Source of the DNA: a virus
Length of the DNA: 64,000 nucleotides
Direction: 5' to 3' (one strand)
Virus record (IMG/VR): IMGVR_UViG_3300031240_000002
Coordinates: 1 to 64,000 of that record
Shown here: positions 1 to 8,669 of the stretch, one piece after another
Layout of the letters: every line of letters starts with the position of its first letter
How positions within the stretch are numbered: position 1 is the first letter of the stretch
The notes under the pieces: generated by a model
The model's database searches: none
The model's input: the letters and a program-made list of their open reading frames with translations, nothing else
What the model was told of the DNA's origin: nothing
Made by a program: the position numbers and the translations under genes

Positions 1-27
1 TCGTCCGTCAAGCGAGCGGGGGTCCCG

Positions 28-564
28 CTACAGAGCGGCGGTACCCAGCCCGTCGCGCCGGCGCCGGCTCTCGGTCACATTCCCCTTCACCTCGGCCTCG
101 ACCATGATCGGGGCGACCGACATGATCACGTAGCCCCGGGGGATGTTCCAGTCGGGGCCGCGGGAGAGCTGGAGGATCTCGAGGAGTAGCTCGTCCCCGG
201 TGTACTTCCGATCCTCTGGGTTCCACTCGCGCAGGCGGAGCCGGTGACCCTCGCGGAACCCGCGGTCGTCGAGCCGGAACTCGAAGCGCTTCCTGCCCCG
301 CTTCACCGCGCGGAACGGACCCGGGTAGGCCTTGAGGATGTGGGTCTTGATTTCGGGGGCGGCCGCTACGACCGGACCGCTCGCTTCTCGGCCAAGCGCT
401 GGTGCGGCGGGCAGATCATCTGCTTGCCACCGCACTTCTTGCAGAGCTGGCGGTCGCAGGTCTGCCCCTCTTTCCGCCCCCTGAGGGGTACGCTGCACTT
501 CCCGCTGGCTCGCGTTCGGCATCCGCTTTCGCTGCATTCTGCCGAAGGCTGGCCTCGGCCGCAA
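28..564 (-). CDS. DUF3850/ASCH-like protein (true start uncertain, probably near 370-400)
   Basis: C-terminal half KTHILKAYPGPFRAVKRGRKRFEFRLDDRGFREGHRLRLREW...YTG...GYVIMS matches the DUF3850/ASCH pattern; N-terminal part overlaps the upstream gene. Confidence 0.7.
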   Translation of the reverse strand: MRPRPAFGRMQRKRMPNASQREVQRTPQGAERGADLRPPALQEVRWQADDLPAAPALGREASGPVVAAAPEIKTHILKAYPGPFRAVKRGRKRFEFRLDDRGFREGHRLRLREWNPEDRKYTGDELLLEILQLSRGPDWNIPRGYVIMSVAPIMVEAEVKGNVTESRRRRDGLGTAAL

Positions 565-596
565 ATATGAATCGTCAACTCGGTACTCTCGGCCAT
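366..596 (-). CDS. small Cys/His-rich hypothetical protein
   Basis: 76 aa with multiple Cys (CxxxxC, CxxxLCxxC, CPPH); start overlaps the upstream stop. Confidence 0.65.
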   Translation of the reverse strand: MAESTELTIHICGRGQPSAECSESGCRTRASGKCSVPLRGRKEGQTCDRQLCKKCGGKQMICPPHQRLAEKRAVRS

Positions 597-868
597 CAGC
601 GCCCCCTATCTATCAGTTCGGACCCGAGGCTCGGCCGATCACCGATGTGGCCCGTGGTCTGAATGGCGATCTTTCCCGCCGAGCGCCGCCGAGCACCGGA
701 GACGGCGCCGACCTTCCGCCCCGCATGCTGGGCGTCCGACGAATCCCACTCGTGCGCCGTCCCCTTCTCGTGCGCGGCCTTCCCGCCAGCGGAGGAGATC
801 TGCCGTCGTTTCTCGGGGTCCATCCCGGCGAAGCCGCGCCCCTTTCCCTTCGTGGTCATGTCGGTCAT
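596..868 (-). CDS. KGG-repeat stress-induced protein
   Basis: RGFAGMDPEKRRQISSAGGKAAHEKGTAHEWDSSDAQHAGRK is the KGG/general stress repeat signature; ATG at 868 lies 7 nt after TAGTAT. Confidence 0.8.
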   Translation of the reverse strand: MTDMTTKGKGRGFAGMDPEKRRQISSAGGKAAHEKGTAHEWDSSDAQHAGRKVGAVSGARRRSAGKIAIQTTGHIGDRPSLGSELIDRGR

Positions 869-874
869 GCCTGA

Positions 875-885
875 GATACTACGCG
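875..885 (-). promoter_or_regulatory. CGCGTAGTATC motif copy 1 (putative leaderless -10 promoter)
   Basis: exact 11-mer; TAGTAT 7 nt before ATG 868. Confidence 0.75.
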
Positions 886-893
886 GGTGGGTG

Positions 894-1331
894 CTATTTC
901 CGGCGCTTGATGAACTGCCGGATCGCCGCGCCAGCCTCGCCGTGCCCTGCCGACGCGCGCACCACCGCCTCCTCGACCGTCTTCGCCACCGGCCTCCCCG
1001 TCCCCTTTCTAACTCCCTCGACGTTTGGATCGGGCTGGACCGCGAACACAATCCTGGTGCGTTCGTCGAAGTAGAGGATCCGGGTGTCGAGCCTGAACCG
1101 AAGGTCCAGCGCCAGCCCGGCCGCCGTAGCTCGAGCCTCCGGGGACATCCGGTCCCAGGTCAGGATCCAAGGGGAGATGCGACCGTCTGGCCCGAAGAGC
1201 TCGTAGCCGTGGGGGGACTGGCGGGACGCCACCTTGGTCGCCTCGCGGGCCACCTGCTGCTTGGCGTTTTCGTCCTCGGGCTCGACGGGGACCGGGACCC
1301 GGAATGATCGCTGGAGGCTGAGATCAGCCAC
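894..1331 (-). CDS. hypothetical protein
   Basis: 145 aa; AGGAGG SD upstream of GTG; fits operon. Confidence 0.7.
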   Translation of the reverse strand: MADLSLQRSFRVPVPVEPEDENAKQQVAREATKVASRQSPHGYELFGPDGRISPWILTWDRMSPEARATAAGLALDLRFRLDTRILYFDERTRIVFAVQPDPNVEGVRKGTGRPVAKTVEEAVVRASAGHGEAGAAIRQFIKRRK

Positions 1332-1514
1332 CTAGCGCTCCCCTCCTGGTGTAGGAGCGCCCGCGGGGCGAGCACACCAAACGAAATGAGAGCCAAGGGG
1401 CGACGCGCAGCCACAGTATGGGCAGCTCATCACTTCATCCCCCCTGGCGCCCCCGTGGTGCTCATGAAACGAATAGGCCCAGTAGATTGCCGCCGCTGCG
1501 ATCAACTCAGTCAC
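1332..1514 (-). CDS. small hypothetical protein (CPYC motif)
   Basis: GTG overlapping the MTase stop (GTGA), 60 aa. Confidence 0.5.
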   Translation of the reverse strand: MTELIAAAAIYWAYSFHEHHGGARGDEVMSCPYCGCASPLGSHFVWCARPAGAPTPGGER

Positions 1515-2248
1515 GTCGTCGGCTCCTTCCCGGGGGTGGGCTCTGGGGTGGGGCGGGCGAACCGGGGGGACGAATCCCAGCCGCGCCAATCTCGACCTTC
1601 GGCTGCAGCGGCGTCTCCGCAGCTTCCGCTCCCGGCGAATGGGTCGACAACGAGGTCCCCGGGCGCCGAGAAGGTTCGAATCAGCCAGCGCAGCAATGGG
1701 ACCGGCTTCTGCTGTGGATGTTTTCGCGACTTGCTGCTGGTGCCGACGCTCGCAAAGTTGAGCACCGAGGTCGGGAATCTGTCCGTCGCGCCAGCGCGGC
1801 TGTCCGTCGCGCGCGTGAACTTGCCGTAATTCTCCCCGTGGCTCACTCGCCGCGCCCGGTGGATCGGCCCGTGCCCAGCGGACATCTGCGGGTTGTATAC
1901 GCCTCGTGTGCGGAAGAAAACCAGGATGAATTCGTGGGCGCGAAGCGGCCGGTGGCTGGCGTTGAGGTGCCCCGTTGCCAGCGTCTTGGCCCAAACCATG
2001 TCGTAGCGAAACGCGTCCGACGACGACCGAAGCGTTGCGGCAAACTTGAGCGACGATGCGAACAGGACCGCCGCTCCCCTCGGCCGAAGGCATGCCCATG
2101 CAGCGCGCCAGAAGTCGAAGAGGTCCACCTGTTTGTCGAAGTCGGCCTGCGTTTCCCCTGACGGCAGGTCGGACAGAATGAGGCCAGCCGAGCCCTCTGG
2201 CAGAGACAGCATCCCGGCGTTACCACACCCAAGCTCCACGCTCCTCAC
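1511..2248 (-). CDS. N6-adenine/N4-cytosine DNA methyltransferase (beta class)
   Basis: LILSDLPSG (motif IV variant), HEFILVF, HPQQKPVPLLRWLI, VVDPFAGSGS (motif I). Confidence 0.88.
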   Translation of the reverse strand: MRSVELGCGNAGMLSLPEGSAGLILSDLPSGETQADFDKQVDLFDFWRAAWACLRPRGAAVLFASSLKFAATLRSSSDAFRYDMVWAKTLATGHLNASHRPLRAHEFILVFFRTRGVYNPQMSAGHGPIHRARRVSHGENYGKFTRATDSRAGATDRFPTSVLNFASVGTSSKSRKHPQQKPVPLLRWLIRTFSAPGDLVVDPFAGSGSCGDAAAAEGRDWRGWDSSPRFARPTPEPTPGKEPTT

Positions 2249-2688
2249 TTTTCCCCGCCCTCCCCGCTCTCTGGGGGTGCCGTGCGGCGAGCGGATTTGA
2301 ACTCAACGCCGACGGGGAACAACAGCCCGAGGTTTGTTCGCGCCCAGTTCACGTCAAGGCCGATGTCCCTCGCCCTCTGTGCGTCCGTGGGCCAGTTGCA
2401 CCCGTCGGGAAACGTCTTGATGAACAGCTTCAGTTGATCGGCGCAGGCGCTCTTTGCGTGGAGGTCGTTCTTCGTTACGAGCGATGCGACCGGAGTGCAA
2501 CGAACTAGATCGTCCCCGTACCCGGACCCGTACCCGTCCCCGTACCCGTCCCCGTACCCGTACCCGTACCCGTACCCGGACCCGGACCCGTACCCGTACC
2601 CGTACCCGTCCCCGTACCCGTCCCCGTACCCGTACCCGGACCCGTACCCGGACAGATCGAAAACGGTGCCGCGCAGAACTATCTCCAC
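2245..2688 (-). CDS. Gly/Tyr-repeat phage protein
   Basis: GTG at 2688; (GY/GD/GS)n tract followed by ACADQLKLFIKTFPDG. Confidence 0.7.
   Translation of the reverse strand: MEIVLRGTVFDLSGYGSGYGYGDGYGDGYGYGYGSGSGYGYGYGYGDGYGDGYGSGYGDDLVRCTPVASLVTKNDLHAKSACADQLKLFIKTFPDGCNWPTDAQRARDIGLDVNWARTNLGLLFPVGVEFKSARRTAPPESGEGGEK
2515..2652. repeat. hexanucleotide tandem repeat (CCCGTA/CCCGTC/CCCGGA)n
   Basis: about 23 visible 6-bp units encoding Gly-Tyr/Asp/Ser. Confidence 0.95.
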
Positions 2689-2981
2689 GGCGCCGCCTCC
2701 CACGCCTTCACGGCCTCCGGCGTTACCGATAGAACCGCCGTGATTTTGCGCAGCACGATGTCGGCGGCCGGGCCGATCTTGCAGCTCGCCGTCGGGCCGC
2801 CAGACGCTAGGCCCATGAAGCCCTTCACGTCCGCGCTCCAATAGATGCAGAGCCGCGAGCGCTTCAGTTCGATGGTCTCGCCGCCGATGTCGGTCGCGTA
2901 CCCGAAGAACACCCCGCGATGTTCTGTCGTAACAATGACGGCGCGCTCCGCTGACGGTTTCGTTGCTCTCTTCGTGGTCAT
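2679..2981 (-). CDS. DUF6948-like protein
   Basis: VIVTTEHRGVFFG...LKRSRLCIYWS...GLASGGP; this type of gene commonly precedes GY-repeat ORFs; AAGGA SD. Confidence 0.7.
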   Translation of the reverse strand: MTTKRATKPSAERAVIVTTEHRGVFFGYATDIGGETIELKRSRLCIYWSADVKGFMGLASGGPTASCKIGPAADIVLRKITAVLSVTPEAVKAWEAAPWR

Positions 2982-3005
2982 GTCGGTCCTTTCCTTGGGT
3001 TTTAT

Positions 3006-3593
3006 CTATTTCGTCGTCGTTGGTGCCGCTCCCCCGCTGGGGACGCGCCGTCGACCGTCCCACTTGCAGGGGCACATGCGGCCCATCATTGAGACAACGG
3101 AGCAACCGGGGCGTCCGTGCTGCTCGGGGGCGTGAGTACAAACGCAGTCGTCCCACGTCGGCTCGGGCTCCTGGGGCGTCGTCGTTGCCGCTCCCCCGCT
3201 GGGGAGCAGTCGGCCGGTTCCCCCGCAGAACCCGCAGCGTGTAACCGCGCCACGTACGCCGTAGCCGCCCCGGCCGCTACACGGCATGCACACGTCGCCA
3301 TTCGGCGGCTCGGTCGGTGCCGCTCCCTCAGGAGGGGGCGGGTAGCCAGGCGGGAACGGCGGGACCGCGCCCCTCATTACCCATCGGCCGAGGCGAACCG
3401 TCTCCTCGTGCCACTGCTCCATGGTCAGCGGCGGCGGCTCTCCCCCTAGAGGAGGAGCTGAGGGGGTGGCGGCGAGGTGGCGCTCTACGGCGTCGAGAAT
3501 GACTGCGGCGGTGTCCTCGGCCGTCTCCTCAGCCCCGTACTCGACGATAGCTTGAACCTCGTCCCTTAGTGCCAGTTGGTCCCGCAGCTTCAT
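3006..3593 (-). CDS. hypothetical protein with DnaJ-type zinc finger
   Basis: CMPCSGRG...CGFCGGTG (CxxCxGxG twice); ATGA overlap. Confidence 0.65.
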   Translation of the reverse strand: MKLRDQLALRDEVQAIVEYGAEETAEDTAAVILDAVERHLAATPSAPPLGGEPPPLTMEQWHEETVRLGRWVMRGAVPPFPPGYPPPPEGAAPTEPPNGDVCMPCSGRGGYGVRGAVTRCGFCGGTGRLLPSGGAATTTPQEPEPTWDDCVCTHAPEQHGRPGCSVVSMMGRMCPCKWDGRRRVPSGGAAPTTTK

Positions 3594-3865
3594 GGCGTCT
3601 CCTTCGGCTCGGTCTTCTCTGCGGGGTCTGCAAGCGAGCCGGTGAGCGACTTAACCGCCGCGTCCCCCGTGTGATAGCCCTCGAACGACTTCAGCACCTC
3701 GCGGACGTGTTCAGCACGAGCACGTAGGCGGGCGGCAAATGCGCGATACGTTAGGTCGCGCGAATCTTCCGCCCATTCGGCGGCGCTGATGCGCTCCTCT
3801 TCGGCTGCCTCGTCAACGAAGGTTGCCGCCTGCTCCAGCTCCTCAATCAGCGTCGTCGTTCCCAT
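3590..3865 (-). CDS. hypothetical protein
   Basis: 91 aa, GAGG SD, coupled to the next gene. Confidence 0.65.
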   Translation of the reverse strand: MGTTTLIEELEQAATFVDEAAEEERISAAEWAEDSRDLTYRAFAARLRARAEHVREVLKSFEGYHTGDAAVKSLTGSLADPAEKTEPKETP

Positions 3866-3898
3866 TGGTCTACCTCTCCCTGGGGTGTGCGGTGGCGG

Positions 3899-4054
3899 TC
3901 ACTCGTGGCCTCCGCCAGTTACGGGCCACTCGTCGTCATCTGGCAGCGCTCCGACCAGCGCCACCCGGTCGCGCTCCCATCCGCGGGCGAGCAACCACCT
4001 ATCCAACTCCATAAACGAGGCGTCCCGGGCTGGCGTCTGAGGCCACGCGCTCAT
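3899..4054 (-). CDS. small hypothetical protein
   Basis: ATG 4054 overlaps the upstream stop; MSAWPQTP..., 51 aa. Confidence 0.55.
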   Translation of the reverse strand: MSAWPQTPARDASFMELDRWLLARGWERDRVALVGALPDDDEWPVTGGGHE

Positions 4055-4449
4055 GGCTGTCTCTCTCCCTCTTGGGTGGCGGTCACGGGGTCGCTTTCCG
4101 CCGGCCAGAAGGCGGCGCCGGTCTCGGTCACGATGATCTCGGGATGCCGCCGATAGAAGCGGGTCGTCGCGCAAACACACGGAGCGGCCCCGACCACCTC
4201 CCCGGCGTCGTTCTTGACCGTGTCGGCGATCCCCTTCTTGCACTTCCCGCACTTCGGTCGCGCGTAGGGGGTGATGTCGTTGACGACCACGGGGCGGCCC
4301 GGCTCGACATGGAGGTTGCGGCGGGGGTCAGGGGCGTTGGCGGCGGCGCGCGCGGCGGCCAGGCGCTCGCGGCGGGCGGTGACCTTGGCGCGGGCCTCGG
4401 CCTGGCGGGCGACCTTCTTCTCTCTCTTCCTGGCGCTGGGGCGGCTCAT
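4051..4449 (-). CDS. hypothetical zinc-binding protein
   Basis: CGKCKKG...PCVC; starts 9 nt after TAGTAT. Confidence 0.7.
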   Translation of the reverse strand: MSRPSARKREKKVARQAEARAKVTARRERLAAARAAANAPDPRRNLHVEPGRPVVVNDITPYARPKCGKCKKGIADTVKNDAGEVVGAAPCVCATTRFYRRHPEIIVTETGAAFWPAESDPVTATQEGERQP

Positions 4450-4457
4450 CGACCACC

Positions 4458-4468
4458 GATACTACGCG
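4458..4468 (-). promoter_or_regulatory. CGCGTAGTATC motif copy 2
   Basis: exact 11-mer; TAGTAT 9 nt before ATG 4449. Confidence 0.75.
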
Positions 4469-4599
4469 CCCGCCTTTGGCCAATGGCGATCGCAGCGGAA
4501 CCACTTTCCCCGTCCACCGGGCGGGCTGGTCGCACTTGCCGCGCTTGCCGGACCAGACGACGGGGAAGGTGCAGGTGTAGCCGGTGGCCATCGGGGCGG

Positions 4600-4610
4600 G
4601 ATACTACGCG
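4600..4610 (-). promoter_or_regulatory. CGCGTAGTATC motif copy 3
   Basis: exact 11-mer; TAGTAT 9 nt before ATG 4591 (ORF 4328-4591). Confidence 0.7.
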
Positions 4611-4617
4611 CGCGGCT

Positions 4618-4920
4618 CTACAGCGTGGTGAGCTTCGAGCGAACGCGCGCCACGACGGCGGCGGCGAACTCGTCCACGCCGCCCGGCGACGCCTCGAACA
4701 CGGCCAGGAGGGCCTCTATCGCGTTCTCCTGTCCCTCCGGGTATCCGGCTCGGAAACCCGCCTCCCTCCCCGCCTCGAAGGCTTGGTCGACGGCGAGGGT
4801 TCGGTGGGGGGCGGTTGGGGTCTCGTCCGCGGGCAGGGACGTGGGTGGGTCGACCGTGGTCTTCGGGACCGCGTCCTGCGGCCAGTCGCGGGCCGGGTCG
4901 TCGTCGTCCTCCGTCGCCAT
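4618..4920 (-). CDS. hypothetical protein
   Basis: 100 aa; TACCTT 6 nt before ATG. Confidence 0.6.
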   Translation of the reverse strand: MATEDDDDPARDWPQDAVPKTTVDPPTSLPADETPTAPHRTLAVDQAFEAGREAGFRAGYPEGQENAIEALLAVFEASPGGVDEFAAAVVARVRSKLTTL

Positions 4921-4952
4921 GCGGCGAAGGTAGGCGCGGGGGAGGCGGGCGT

Positions 4953-5495
4953 CTACGTTGCGACGGTCAGGGCTTCCGCTCGAATCATGAGCTTCGGGTA
5001 GAGCGCGTCTTTAAAAACGCCGTCGAGAATCCGCTGGACCATCACCGGTGTCACGAATCGCTTCCACCTCCGCCGGGCGGCCTTCCGCTTCGTTCGATTG
5101 CTCTTTCGGTGCCAGCGCCGATCGTTGTGCTTCTGGGTGGCGCGCAGTCGCCGGTAGCGTTCCCGCTTGGTCGCGCCCTTCGTCCAGTAGGGCAGGTCCC
5201 CGTCCACGGAGAGGATCGCGGCCCGATGCGCCTCCTGCATGACGAAGCTGCGCGGGCCATGGGCATGTGGGCGCCCGTCGACCATGAGCGTGTAGAGATC
5301 GATCACGCGGGCTCGGCCACGGTCGCGAGGGCCGATGCTATTGCGCTTCGCCCAGGGGAACCATGCCGACTGCTTCTCTAGGACAACCTCCAACTCTGGC
5401 AAGCGCCGCTCTCCGTCGACCCAGCCCCCGAGGTCGTCTTCGTAGCCGTCCGCCGAGATGACGCGCGCCGGGCGATGGAAGATTCGGATCGTCAT
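4953..5495 (-). CDS. hypothetical basic protein
   Basis: 180 aa, directly follows the TerS-like gene. Confidence 0.55.
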   Translation of the reverse strand: MTIRIFHRPARVISADGYEDDLGGWVDGERRLPELEVVLEKQSAWFPWAKRNSIGPRDRGRARVIDLYTLMVDGRPHAHGPRSFVMQEAHRAAILSVDGDLPYWTKGATKRERYRRLRATQKHNDRRWHRKSNRTKRKAARRRWKRFVTPVMVQRILDGVFKDALYPKLMIRAEALTVAT

Positions 5496-5496
5496 C

Positions 5497-6087
5497 TCAG
5501 CCCACCCGGTCCAGGTCCTCTGCCCGCCGACCGTCCGGCAGCCGCCCCGTCTTCCTGATCGATTCGAGCTCGGCCGGAGTGAGGTCCTCCCAGCCCTGGC
5601 GGGTGACGACCTCGATCTTCTCAGGGGCGAAGGTCCCCTCCAGCTTCGCCAGGATGACCTCGTCGGTGGCGATCGCCCGGTCGATGAGGGAGCGCTCCTT
5701 GGCGTCCTTCGCCTTGTCGCGCTCCATTTCTAGGCTCCTTCGATGCTTGTAGTTCCGGCGGCGCGCGTGGGCTCGGCGGAGGTTGCGCTGCTCGGCGTTC
5801 TCCTGCTCGAGCCGCTTGTGCGCCCTGATCCGGTACTCCTCGAGCGTCCGGCGGGGGATGTGGGGCAGGCCGCGCTGCAGGTCGGCGAGACTCGCGCCGA
5901 AGTCCATCAGGTCCATGACCTGCTCGACCTCGGCGAGGATCTTCTCCACCTCGACCTTCCCGCGCCGCTTCCCGCCGGGGCCGCCTTTTCCTTGGGGGGT
6001 TCTTGCCAAGACGCTCCCGATGGTGCCGAAGGGCGGGGGGTTGGGGCAAGGAAGATCATGCGGGGGCGAGGGGGCGGTTCGCGTCAC
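5497..6087 (-). CDS. probable terminase small subunit (start uncertain)
   Basis: N-terminal HTH-like segment, coiled coil, AKLEGTFAPEKIEV and WEDLTPAELE C-terminal pattern typical of TerS. Confidence 0.55.
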   Translation of the reverse strand: MTRTAPSPPHDLPCPNPPPFGTIGSVLARTPQGKGGPGGKRRGKVEVEKILAEVEQVMDLMDFGASLADLQRGLPHIPRRTLEEYRIRAHKRLEQENAEQRNLRRAHARRRNYKHRRSLEMERDKAKDAKERSLIDRAIATDEVILAKLEGTFAPEKIEVVTRQGWEDLTPAELESIRKTGRLPDGRRAEDLDRVG

Positions 6088-6301
6088 AGTCGATACAGGG
6101 CCAGACGATCCGGTCGTGGAAGTCGACCGGACAGGCGCCGTCGATCACCCGGATGTTGTTCGGCGGCATGAGCTTCGGGCGCCCCACCCGCCACTTCAGC
6201 GCTCCGATCAGCGCGGCGCGCGCGGCGGCGCAGTTGTCGCAGAGCCAGACGACCGTCGACCACTCCCGCTGGACCTCGTAGATCCGGACCAGGACGCTCA
6301 C
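6056..6301 (-). CDS. small Cys-rich hypothetical protein
   Basis: CDNC, CIDC; coupled start. Confidence 0.55.
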   Translation of the reverse strand: MSVLVRIYEVQREWSTVVWLCDNCAAARAALIGALKWRVGRPKLMPPNNIRVIDGACPVDFHDRIVWPCIDCDANRPLAPA

Positions 6302-6525
6302 CGGGGAATGACTCCCATCACCCGGGCTCGGTCGATTCGCGCCAGCGCTTGGTCGAGATCGTCCTTCGCCTCTTCGGCGCAGACGAACGACGCCACGGCG
6401 ATAGGGCGCGCGTCGGCCTCGGCTTCGGCCGCTGGATCGGCGGGGTCCATGACGCGACCAAGGGTGCCGCGCGCGTCCCGTATCAGGGCCTCGATCTCCT
6501 CGATCAGGTCACGAAGATCGCTCAT
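6298..6525 (-). CDS. hypothetical protein
   Basis: 75 aa helical, ATGA overlap. Confidence 0.6.
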   Translation of the reverse strand: MSDLRDLIEEIEALIRDARGTLGRVMDPADPAAEAEADARPIAVASFVCAEEAKDDLDQALARIDRARVMGVIPR

Positions 6526-6797
6526 GCCGATGGCCCGCAGGCGATACAGGGGGCGGTTCCAGCGGCTCTGATGCTGGTGGCGGCGCGGTCCGCCTTCGCG
6601 CGGGCGTTCCGGCCGGCGCTCCCACTGGGTCCGGTCATCTCTTGCCAGAAGGTGCGGTATCGGAAGTCCTGGATGGCCTCGTGTCCACAGGAGAGCCTGA
6701 CGGTCAGGCGCCAGGATTCTCCGGGCCCCTTCGCCACGTCAGCCGCCACGACCTCGACGCGGCGGCAGGACCAGAGGTGTGCTTCGGCGGGGCTCAT
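6522..6797 (-). CDS. hypothetical protein
   Basis: LSCGH...CIAC; start overlaps the ATPase stop. Confidence 0.6.
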   Translation of the reverse strand: MSPAEAHLWSCRRVEVVAADVAKGPGESWRLTVRLSCGHEAIQDFRYRTFWQEMTGPSGSAGRNARAKADRAATSIRAAGTAPCIACGPSA

Positions 6798-8413
6798 TTC
6801 CGCTTAATGTTGACCTTCATGTCCTTGACGGCCAGGAAGCCGTCGGGCTCCTTGGTCAGGAAGCCGAGCGCAGCGAGCGCGTCGAGCTCCCGGTAGACGT
6901 TCGGCTTGGCGGTCGCGAATCCCTTCCGCTGCAGCTCGTTGTAGGCGGCGTTCCCGACCTTCGGCTCATCGAACCAGTGCTGGGAGATCATCTCCGCCAG
7001 CTTCCCCTTTAGCGTCTTTCCGTCGAGTTCGAGCACATAGGTCTCCACGGAGACTTCGATCGACGGCTTGATGACGAGAACCTTGAGCAGCGTGGGGGCC
7101 TCCTTCTTCAGGCGGGCGACGAAGCGCTGATACATCGCCTCCTCGTCCGTACCAGGGGATGGCGCCGCCACCGGATCGCCGCCGAGGTAGCGCTTGGAAA
7201 TGCGATCTGGGTCGGCGTCGTCGAACTTCTGGTGGATCGAGATCGTCTTGCCGCCCGCTTCCGTCAGCGCGGTCACCGCGTCGATCAGGCTGTCGAGCTT
7301 CTTCTCTTGGTCGGGCGTCATGTCGTCCTCCTGGGTGTCTTCGTTGATCGGTTGGTCGTCGGTCAGCACGGTCGCGCCGTGTTCCTCCGTGGTCTCGCGT
7401 AGGGCCGGTCGAGGCCAGAATGCGGGGGCGCGCTCGAGGTGCGCCTGTCCGAGGTTCCCCAGAGAGATCTGCTGCGCCATCGTCTCCGTCAGCCACGCCG
7501 GCTGCACGTACGTTCGGATCGCGTGGGTCCCCCAGCAGGCGAAGAACTGCCCCCGCTCCAGCGTGGCGATGTCGGCCGCCTTCGGCTTCTTGATGCCGGC
7601 CGGGATGTGCGCCAGCGTCCGCTTGATTTCGTTCGCCTCGCGCTGGACGCCGAGTAGGTACACCGACGCCTGCCGGACGACCTCCTTCTCGGCGCCGGCG
7701 AGATCTTGGCTGTCGAGCCAGATCAGGTTGCCGAGCGCGCCGCCCTCGCGCGCCAGCGAGATCGCCGCCATCCGGACCGGGCTGTTCTTCCCCTGCGGGA
7801 TGAACTTCCACGCTTCGGGCAGCACGATCACCACGCCATCCTCGTGCTCGTGCACCCACGACAGCATCGACGAGATCACGAGCCCCTGGACGTTCAGGCT
7901 CAGAGCCCCTAGGTCGACCACGTTCGCTCCCGGATTCAGGTCGACCCGCGAGGCAAAAGTGACCCGTCGCAACTCGGGGACGACGTCGTCCAGGTACTCA
8001 CCGAGCATCATGAACATGTCGGCGCTCATGCCGCCCTTGGACTTTTCGCCAAGGGTTCGGACGTTGCGCCGGACGTCGTCGAGCGTTCGCGCGCCCTTGG
8101 TCGCGCGCATGATCCAGGACCGCTCGAACTTCATCCGCTCGCCGAGCGACGCCTCCAGGATCGCCGACACAAACCGCCAGTCGGCGCGCTCTCGGAAGTA
8201 GGGCTTCACTTGGTGGACGAGCGATCCGAAGGCGGACTCCCCTCGCTTCGTCCGGAACGCCAGCGCCCGGATCCCCGAGCGATGCACCAGCGCCTCCATC
8301 GTCGTGGTCTTTCCCGCAGCTTGGGTCTGCCCGGTCACGACCATATGGGCGATCGGGATCTCGACGGCGATCCCGGTTCCGACCTCGAAGCCGAGGTGGA
8401 CGGACTTATTCAT
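6794..8413 (-). CDS. HerA/FtsK-like P-loop ATPase with atypical motifs
   Basis: HMVVTGQTQAAGKTT, IVLPEAWKF, LAREGGALG..LDSQ, LERGQFF; C-terminal winged-helix-like region. Confidence 0.7.
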   Translation of the reverse strand: MNKSVHLGFEVGTGIAVEIPIAHMVVTGQTQAAGKTTTMEALVHRSGIRALAFRTKRGESAFGSLVHQVKPYFRERADWRFVSAILEASLGERMKFERSWIMRATKGARTLDDVRRNVRTLGEKSKGGMSADMFMMLGEYLDDVVPELRRVTFASRVDLNPGANVVDLGALSLNVQGLVISSMLSWVHEHEDGVVIVLPEAWKFIPQGKNSPVRMAAISLAREGGALGNLIWLDSQDLAGAEKEVVRQASVYLLGVQREANEIKRTLAHIPAGIKKPKAADIATLERGQFFACWGTHAIRTYVQPAWLTETMAQQISLGNLGQAHLERAPAFWPRPALRETTEEHGATVLTDDQPINEDTQEDDMTPDQEKKLDSLIDAVTALTEAGGKTISIHQKFDDADPDRISKRYLGGDPVAAPSPGTDEEAMYQRFVARLKKEAPTLLKVLVIKPSIEVSVETYVLELDGKTLKGKLAEMISQHWFDEPKVGNAAYNELQRKGFATAKPNVYRELDALAALGFLTKEPDGFLAVKDMKVNIKRK

Positions 8414-8649
8414 GTGCACTCGACCAGGAACCGCAGCGCCAGCGCCGCCACGTCCAACGCCTCCTCGCGCGCGTTGCCGTCGAGCCCGCGCAGCGTCTCC
8501 CCGAGCTCGTCGACCGCGTGCTTCATCCGCGCCCAGCCGTCGTGCGGCGTGCGGCGCTCTGGCGAGTCGGTGCGCTCCTTGTTGAGAGCGCCCAGCACCT
8601 TCTCGATCGCCTGCGTGTCGGTCAGCGGTCTCGGTTTTCGGTTCGCCAT
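8410..8649 (-). CDS. MazG-like helical protein (degenerate)
   Basis: HDGWARMKHAVDEL...AREEALDVAALALRFL resembles small phage MazG-like proteins; ATG 8 nt after TAGTAT. Confidence 0.5.
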   Translation of the reverse strand: MANRKPRPLTDTQAIEKVLGALNKERTDSPERRTPHDGWARMKHAVDELGETLRGLDGNAREEALDVAALALRFLVECT

Positions 8650-8656
8650 GCGCGGG

Positions 8657-8667
8657 GATACTACGCG
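8657..8667 (-). promoter_or_regulatory. CGCGTAGTATC motif copy 4
   Basis: exact 11-mer; TAGTAT 8 nt before ATG 8649. Confidence 0.75.
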
Positions 8668-8669
8668 CC

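Noticed and set aside
2515-2652. Tandem repeat as CRISPR or other guide array
   Set aside because: 6-bp coding microsatellite with no spacers and no cas-like genes.
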